Below are positions 58,368 through 64,000 of a stretch of DNA of 64,000 bases, in pieces. Under the pieces are notes generated by a model. That model was given only the letters and a program-made list of their open reading frames with translations. It was not told the origin of the DNA and did not search any database. Numbering within the stretch: the first letter of the stretch is position 1; the number at the start of each line of letters is the position of its first letter. Source of the stretch: Clostridia bacterium (GTDB lineage: Bacteria > Bacillota > Clostridia > Oscillospirales > CAG-382); NCBI GenBank assembly GCA_017429165.1, contig JAFRPL010000032.1, forward strand, positions 173,007-237,006, given 5' to 3'. The position numbers and the translations under genes were made by a program.

Positions 58368-58907
58368 TCAGATAAGCGCCGCTATCTCAGCGTCAAAATC
58401 CGCGGGATCGCTCGTGGGACCGTAACGCTTTACCACGTTGCCGCTGCGATCCACGAGGAATTTGGTGAAATTCCACTTGATATCGGACGGCTTACGGTAC
58501 GTTTCGCTGAATTTTTCGATCTTATTCATGATGATCTTGTTCTTCATGCCTTTGACTTCTTCATCCGGCGCCTGCGCCTTAAGGAAGGTGAAAAGCGGTT
58601 CCTCGTTTTCGCCGTTCACGTCGATCTTGGCGAGCTGATCGAACTGAGTCTTATACTTCGCCGTGCAGAATTCATGGATCTCGCCTTCGTCTCCCGGCGC
58701 CTGATGGCCGAACTGATTGCAGGGGAAATCGAGGATCTCAAGACCCCTGTCATGATACTTTTCATAAAGCGCTTCAAGCGCTTTATACTGCGGAGTGAAA
58801 CCGCATCCGGTCGCGGTGTTTACGACAAGAAGGACTTTCCCACGGAGGTCCTCCATATTGAGCGTCGCTCCTTTTCTGGCTTTTACGGTGTAATCGTAGA
58901 TACTCAT
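58368..58907 (-). CDS. gpx: Glutathione-peroxidase-family thiol peroxidase (paralog 2)
   Basis: LLVVNTATGCGFTPQY...ILDFPCNQFGHQAPG...WNFTKFLVDRSG. Confidence 0.85.
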   Translation of the reverse strand: MSIYDYTVKARKGATLNMEDLRGKVLLVVNTATGCGFTPQYKALEALYEKYHDRGLEILDFPCNQFGHQAPGDEGEIHEFCTAKYKTQFDQLAKIDVNGENEEPLFTFLKAQAPDEEVKGMKNKIIMNKIEKFSETYRKPSDIKWNFTKFLVDRSGNVVKRYGPTSDPADFDAEIAALI

Positions 58908-58976
58908 TGTTTTTTCCTCCTTAAAAATATTTATAATTATTTTATTGTGCCTGATCTTTTCGGATTTCTCCGCCCT

Positions 58977-59420
58977 TCAATCCTCAGCCCGCTCTTCATC
59001 GAGCATCTTGTATAAAACCGTGTAAAGCGACGTAGCTTCGTCGGGCGTAAGATGAAACTCCTTGGAAATGTTCTCCGGCACGCAAAGCGCTTCGTCCTGC
59101 AGCTTTTCACCGGATTTCGTCAGCGTGATCACAAGATTGCGCTCGTCGGTTTTGTCTTTTTCTTTCTTTATGTATCCTTTGTCTTCGAGCTTTTTCAAAA
59201 GCGGGGTGACGGTGTTCGATTTAAGATACAATGCTTCGCACAGAAGCTTTTCATTCACCTGCTTTTCTTCCCACAGGACCATCATAACGATGTATTGCGT
59301 GTAGGTCAGGTCAAGCTTGTCGAGCAGCGGTTTGTATTTCCTGGTTATCATATTCGACACCGCGTACAGCGGAAAGCAAAGCTGATTTCTAAGTTTGAGA
59401 GAAGCGTATTTGTCTGTCAT
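58977..59420 (-). CDS. ohrR: MarR-family regulator, OhrR-like (peroxide-sensing Cys)
   Basis: LKLRNQLCFPLYAVSN places a Cys in the position of the OhrR sensing cysteine. Winged HTH ...LYLKSNTVTPLLKKLEDKGYIKK. It heads a redox operon. Confidence 0.75.
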   Translation of the reverse strand: MTDKYASLKLRNQLCFPLYAVSNMITRKYKPLLDKLDLTYTQYIVMMVLWEEKQVNEKLLCEALYLKSNTVTPLLKKLEDKGYIKKEKDKTDERNLVITLTKSGEKLQDEALCVPENISKEFHLTPDEATSLYTVLYKMLDEERAED

Positions 59421-59440
59421 TTATTCCACCTCTTGATTAT

Positions 59441-59493
59441 GTCGCGTGCGACTTATCTGTTATTATTATATCGCGTGCGATACAATTTGTCAA
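59441..59493 (-). promoter_or_regulatory. ohrR-operon promoter with two palindromic operators
   Basis: On the minus strand, TTGACA (59493..59488)-17-TATAAT (59470..59465). Palindrome TATCGC-ac-GCGATA (59469..59482) overlaps the spacer and -10. GTCGC-ac-GCGAC (59441..59452) lies just downstream. Confidence 0.55.
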
Positions 59494-59767
59494 GAGGTTT
59501 TTCTGCTTTTTTTAAAAAACAGTGCGGAATAAAACCGCACCGCCGACGAGTTTACCGGTTGTCGATGGTTTCTTTGCCATTTGGCATTAATGACTCTCCG
59601 CCAAAGATCATTTACCCATACGCGATGAAAGAACAGATCATATCCGCCCGCTGACAACAAACCGCGCGCCGCGTAATATGAAACGTCTTGATTTTTACAC
59701 GGTTTTATGGTAACATATATTGAGTTATTATAAATCGGTTCAAGCAGAAATCTCACGAGGTTCCACA

Positions 59768-60127
59768 ATGAGCGAAACATATGTTGAAGAAGCAAAAAAA
59801 CGCTGGGGCGATACGGCGGCGTGGCGGGAGTTTGAAGCGCGGTCGGGCTCGGCAGACGGAGCGGCGGACGGGCTGATGAAGCTGTTTGCGCGGCTCGGCG
59901 AGCTGAAAGATCTTCCGCCGGAGAGCGGCGAGGCGCAGGCGGCGATCGCGAATATTCAGAAGTATATCACCGGGCATTATTACGAATGCACCGACGAGAT
60001 CTTCGCCGGGCTCGGAGATATGTACGTTTCCGACGGGCGGTTCAGAAAGAACATAGACAAAGCCGGAGGCGTCGGGACGGCGGAATTCGCCCGCGAAGCG
60101 ATACGCGCACGCTGCGGAAAAAAGTAA
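59768..60127 (+). CDS. TipAS-like antibiotic-recognition-domain protein (no MerR HTH)
   Basis: ATG 59768. YVEEAKKRWGDTAAWREFEARS...HYYECTDEIFAGLGDMYVSDGRFRKNIDKAG is TipAS-like. Confidence 0.7.
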   Translation: MSETYVEEAKKRWGDTAAWREFEARSGSADGAADGLMKLFARLGELKDLPPESGEAQAAIANIQKYITGHYYECTDEIFAGLGDMYVSDGRFRKNIDKAGGVGTAEFAREAIRARCGKK

Positions 60128-60151
60128 ATCCACGAAGCAGGAGAAAAACAA

Positions 60152-60769
60152 ATGAAAGTACTTATTATCAACGGAAGCCCGAGACCGAACGGCAACACGT
60201 CGGTCGCGCTCAAAGAAATGGTCGGCGTTTTCAATTCGGAAGGCGTTGAAACGGAGGTCGTTCAGATCGGCGGCAAGGATATTCGCGGCTGTATCGCATG
60301 CGGAAGCTGCAGCAAGAACGGCAAATGCGTCTTTAACGACGTTGTAAACGAGCTTGCGCCGAAATTCGAGGAAGCGGACGGGCTCGTCGTCGCATCTCCG
60401 GTTTATTACGCTTCCGCCAACGCCACGTTGATCGCCTGCCTCGACCGGCTCTTTTTCAGCACCGGCTTCGACAAGACGATGAAGGTCGGCGCGAGCGTCG
60501 CCGTCGCACGTCGCGGCGGCACTTCGGCGACCTTTGACGAACTGAACAAATATTTCACGATCTGCGGCATGCCGGTCGCATCCAGCCAGTACTGGAACAG
60601 CGTCCACGGCAGAGCGCCGGGACAGGCGGCGGAAGATCTCGAGGGGCTGCAGACGATGCGTACCCTTGCCCGCAATATGACGTTTCTGATGAAGTCCATC
60701 GCGCTCGGTAAAGAAAAATACGGGCTGCCCGAAAAAGAGGAATGGCAGCCGACGCATTTTATCAGATGA
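60152..60769 (+). CDS. NADPH-dependent FMN reductase / iron-sulfur flavoprotein
   Basis: MKVLIINGSPRPNGNTS... and the Cys cluster CIACGSCSKNGKC. Confidence 0.8.
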   Translation: MKVLIINGSPRPNGNTSVALKEMVGVFNSEGVETEVVQIGGKDIRGCIACGSCSKNGKCVFNDVVNELAPKFEEADGLVVASPVYYASANATLIACLDRLFFSTGFDKTMKVGASVAVARRGGTSATFDELNKYFTICGMPVASSQYWNSVHGRAPGQAAEDLEGLQTMRTLARNMTFLMKSIALGKEKYGLPEKEEWQPTHFIR

Positions 60770-61392
60770 TGAAAACCTACGAATTCGGCGATCCGAAAGC
60801 GGATACGATTCTTATTCAGCCGGCGGACGAATACGACCTTGCGGGTATTGAAAACGAGTTCTCGCTCATCGCCGCAAGCTGCGGCAAAAGCTTTCAGTTG
60901 ATCGCCTTAAAGGTCGAAAACTGGAATACCGATCTTTCGCCGTGGAAAGCGCCCGCCGTGTTCGGCAAAGAGGATTTCGGCGAAGGAGCCGGGGAAACGC
61001 TCGCGGAGATATTGAAACTCTGCTCCGACGAGAGCAAAACGTATTATATCGGAGGCTATTCGCTCGCCGGGCTTTTCGCGCTGTGGGCGGCGTATAGGAC
61101 GGACGTATTCAAAGGCGTTGCGGCGGCGTCCCCCTCGGTGTGGTTCCCGGGTTTTACGGATTATATGAAGAAAAATGAGATCAAGACCGGCGCGGTATAT
61201 CTCAGTCTCGGCGACAAGGAAGAAAAGGCGCGTAACTCCGTGATGGCGACGGTGGGCGACAGGGTACGCGATACGTATTCCCTGCTCTCGGCGCGCGGCG
61301 TGAAATGCGTTCTCGAATGGAACGAGGGCAATCACTTCAAGGAAGCCGACGTCCGCACGGCAAAGGCGTTTTCGTGGGTGATGCAAAATTGA
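60766..61392 (+). CDS. Alpha/beta-hydrolase-fold esterase
   Basis: ATG 60766 overlaps the upstream stop (ATGATGA). Nucleophile-elbow motif GGYSLAG. Confidence 0.75.
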   Translation: MMKTYEFGDPKADTILIQPADEYDLAGIENEFSLIAASCGKSFQLIALKVENWNTDLSPWKAPAVFGKEDFGEGAGETLAEILKLCSDESKTYYIGGYSLAGLFALWAAYRTDVFKGVAAASPSVWFPGFTDYMKKNEIKTGAVYLSLGDKEEKARNSVMATVGDRVRDTYSLLSARGVKCVLEWNEGNHFKEADVRTAKAFSWVMQN

Positions 61393-61450
61393 AAAGATCC
61401 CTCCAAATCGGGATCCGGTAATAAAACTGGAGGCACTTAGGTGAAATAAT

Positions 61451-62224
61451 ATGCTGAATCAATTTTCGAGAACACAGCTTCTGCTTGGGAAACAGGCGAT
61501 AGATAAACTGCAGTCGAGCCGCGTTGCGGTCTTCGGCATCGGAGGCGTGGGCGGCTACGTCTGCGAGGCGCTGATACGAAGCGGCGTGGGAAAATTCGAC
61601 CTGATCGACGACGATAAGGTTTGTCTGACAAATCTGAACCGCCAGATCATCGCCACCAGAAAAACGGTGGGTCAATACAAGGCGGACGTTATGAAAGAGC
61701 GGATGCTCGAGATCAATCCCGACGCCGAGATCACCGTGCGCAAATGCTTTTTCCTGCCGGAAAACGCGGACGAATTTCCGTTTGACGAATACGACTACGT
61801 CGTGGACGCAGTCGATACCGTTTCGGCAAAGCTCGAACTGGTGATGCAGTCGCAAAAACACAACGTGCCCATCATCAGCTGCATGGGCGCGGGCAACAAG
61901 CTCGACGGCAGCCAGTTCCGCGTCGCGGACATTTACAAAACGAAGATGTGTCCGCTCGCAAAAGTGATGCGTTATGAACTTCGGCGGCGCGGGGTGAAAA
62001 AGCTGAAGGTCGTTTATTCGGAAGAACAGCCTATAAGACCTGTCGAGGATATGTCGATAAGCTGCCGTACGCACTGCATATGCCCTCCCGGCGCAAAGCA
62101 CAAGTGTACCGAACGGCGCGATATTCCGGGCAGCGTCGCGTTCGTACCTTCTGTTGCGGGGCTGCTTATAGCGGGAGAGGTCGTAAAGGATCTGACGACC
62201 GACGAAAGAAAAGAAGTAAAATAA
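61451..62224 (+). CDS. tcdA: tRNA threonylcarbamoyladenosine dehydratase (ThiF/E1-like)
   Basis: FSRTQLLLGKQAIDKLQSSRVAVFGIGGVGGYVCEALIRSGVGKFDLIDDDKVCLTNLNRQ. Confidence 0.85.
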   Translation: MLNQFSRTQLLLGKQAIDKLQSSRVAVFGIGGVGGYVCEALIRSGVGKFDLIDDDKVCLTNLNRQIIATRKTVGQYKADVMKERMLEINPDAEITVRKCFFLPENADEFPFDEYDYVVDAVDTVSAKLELVMQSQKHNVPIISCMGAGNKLDGSQFRVADIYKTKMCPLAKVMRYELRRRGVKKLKVVYSEEQPIRPVEDMSISCRTHCICPPGAKHKCTERRDIPGSVAFVPSVAGLLIAGEVVKDLTTDERKEVK

Positions 62225-62363
62225 TATGAAATCGTTACTTAAAACCGGTTCAAGCGGAAATCGGGTTTTCCGTTTCTTTGCCCGACGAATGATATTGGCG
62301 CTTTCCGGTTTGACGACGTAAATAATGATCCCTACAAACAGGGATCTGCGGAGGAACAGTATT

Positions 62364-63144
62364 ATGCCGGAATACAGTGAACAGGATCTGAAATACGCGG
62401 CGGAATTCCGTGAGGAGATCCACAAAGAAGCTCTGGCGAAAGTCAAGGCGGTTTACCCGGACGCCGATCACGTGGTCGACGGATATCCGGCGGACGCGTA
62501 TTTTCAGAGAGTCTGGGATTATCCCGGAACGTGGTACATGGTGGTGGGGACACCCTCCCGGCGCCGGAGGCAGAAAAGACCTTACGGAGACCATTATACG
62601 TCAAACGCTTGAGTATTACAGGAATAAGGTAAACGTCTGTTCCGGCGATGAGTTTTATCGGCTTATCGCAGAATACCCGGATATCGTCTGCGATTACCGG
62701 CTTGTCGATTCCGATGATAGGAACGCGGACGCATCAGGCGTATTTCCTTACCGCGGGGTCGGTTCGCACCGTCTCGCTTTGGAATGCGCCTTCCGCGAGC
62801 TCTCCGAAAGCGGCGGCAAATGGTCTTACGATACTGAAGCCGCCAGGTTCAGAAAACTAAAAAGCACGGCGCTTTTTGCGCCGGCGGGTGCGGATAACTG
62901 GCTCAATTACCGCAAGGCGTTTCTTTGTCCCCCGCACGGGAATTCCTATACCGACAGGGATTTTGAGCGGGTCAACGACGTTTTGTTCCCCGGCGGGACG
63001 GAATGCCTGGAGGTTTACAGATGGACGACCGACTGGTCGGACTATTTCGACGAGGGTCACGAGTGGTGGGGCGCGCTGTGTCTTACGGTTTATGACCGGA
63101 CGCTCGAACGGTTCGTAGTTATCACGGCGTCGGCGACGGATTGA
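62364..63144 (+). pseudogene. Unknown-function gene split by an apparent +1/-1 frameshift near 62545..62560
   Basis: The frame from ATG 62364 (GGAGG RBS; MPEYSEQDLKYAAEFREEIHKEALAKVK...WDYPGTWYMVVG) becomes Arg-rich junk. Sensible sequence (PPGAGGRKDLTETIIRQTLEYYRNK...ITASATD) continues in the next frame to 63144. The switch is at GGTGGTGGGGACACCCTCCC. Confidence 0.5.
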
Positions 63145-63421
63145 CAAATGCCGGTTTGAGTATTTTTATTCACATAGGTCCTGTTAGTTATTCGATTCTA
63201 AACGCAAGCTATATGATGTGAACAGAACACCGAAAAAGTGCGTGCAGTTGATTATATTCAAAATTCAGCGGCGGAAGCGATCCCGCCGCTGTGCGTTATG
63301 TATTGCCTTTTACAAACGGTACGACCATCTATATCATCAAACTGACGCCGGGACGAAATCAGGCTTCTATAATAACTTCCATTTATCTTATCTTAACGCG
63401 CGAGTTTTTTCGCTGACCCCG

Positions 63422-63450
63422 TTGACAAATATCAAACGTTGTGATACAAT
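63422..63450 (+). promoter_or_regulatory. Promoter of zupT (TTGACA-17-TACAAT)
   Basis: TTGACA 63422..63427 and TACAAT 63445..63450. Confidence 0.55.
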
Positions 63451-63543
63451 GGTTAGCGGTGGCTAACCGCATTCATTCATCATTCGGCTGATCAAAAGAG
63501 TTTTGCTCTTTATTTTTTGGGGCGCAGGTTAGCCGTTGCTAAC
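63451..63543 (+). promoter_or_regulatory. Twin palindromes GGTTAGC-N4-GCTAAC(C) in the zupT leader
   Basis: GGTTAGCGGTGGCTAACC at 63451..63468 immediately follows the -10. GGTTAGCCGTTGCTAAC at 63527..63543 lies just before the RBS. A weak AAGAG-TTTTG-CTCTT + T-run hairpin sits between them. Confidence 0.45.
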
Positions 63544-63563
63544 TTGCGGACGGGAGGAACGGT

Positions 63564-64000
63564 ATGTGGCTGAACGTGATAGAGGGAATAGCGATCCCGT
63601 TCATAGGCACGGCGGCAGGCTCCGCGTGCGTGTTCTTTATGAAAAAGCAGCTGAGCCGCGCGGTACAGCGCGCGCTGACCGGCTTTGCGGGCGGCGTGAT
63701 GGCCGCGGCGTCGATCTGGAGTCTTCTGATACCCGCGATGAATCAAAGCGCCGACCGTGGCAGATGGGCGTTTCTGCCCGCTTTTATCGGCTTCTGGCTC
63801 GGTATCCTGTTTTTGCTCCTGCTCGATAAGATCATCCCGCACTTACATATGAACGCCGGGCAGGCGGAGGGACCGAAAAGCAAAGCGAAGAAAACGACGA
63901 TGATGGTGCTCGCCGTCACGCTGCACAATATTCCCGAGGGAATGGCGGTCGGCGTCGTGTTCGCCGGACTTCTTTCCGGCTCCGCCGAGATCACGGCGGG
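63564..64000 (+). CDS. zupT: ZIP-family zinc transporter ZupT, 3' end cut by window edge
   Basis: Not in the ORF track because it runs off the right edge. ATG 63564 after GGGAGG. MWLNVIEGIAIPFIGTAAGSACVFF...MMVLAVTLHNIPEGMAVGVVFAG contains the ZIP HNxPEG motif. Confidence 0.85.
   Translation, partial: MWLNVIEGIAIPFIGTAAGSACVFFMKKQLSRAVQRALTGFAGGVMAAASIWSLLIPAMNQSADRGRWAFLPAFIGFWLGILFLLLLDKIIPHLHMNAGQAEGPKSKAKKTTMMVLAVTLHNIPEGMAVGVVFAGLLSGSAEITA

Noticed and set aside
63264-63292. Hairpin CAGCGGCGG-N8-CCGCCGCTG as a terminator
   Set aside because: No T-run follows it on the plus strand, and no minus-strand gene lies upstream for it to terminate. Its significance is unclear.

Overview
The window looks like a chromosomal segment from a sporulating, fairly high-GC (by eye) Clostridia-type Firmicute, with about 60 protein genes and three stand-alone tRNA genes (Leu-UAG, His-GUG, Pro-UGG). 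Plus-strand blocks carry cell-envelope and sporulation genes, an AbrB-ABC transporter pair, a SpoVK-like AAA+ ATPase, SufC/SufBD, and a sugar-acid operon (lactonase-like, dehydratase, SDR, Eda, KdgK, YerC). Minus-strand blocks carry an OhrR-type 8-gene redox operon and a roughly 12-kb operon. That operon encodes an Sfp-type PPTase, a 2401-aa dimodular NRPS (C-A-T-C-A-T-R, the dipeptide-aldehyde type), a STAS protein, a sensor-HAMP-PP2C-RsbW-like kinase fusion, and two DUF4434 paralogs. Two lower-GC islets sit next to tRNA genes. Each carries an XRE-HTH/TPR regulator bracketed by perfect direct repeats, and one also has a frameshifted TnpV and a long sigma factor. The least explained signal is a recurring intergenic architecture at 5 or more loci. 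It consists of arrays of short GC-rich hairpins separated by AT-rich ATATCAY-like spacers, mostly just 3' of tRNA or gene terminators. Stems differ between arrays but stay paired, and loops are conserved. All family calls are by-eye motif recognition and need HMM or BLAST confirmation. Many long track ORFs are antisense shadow frames.
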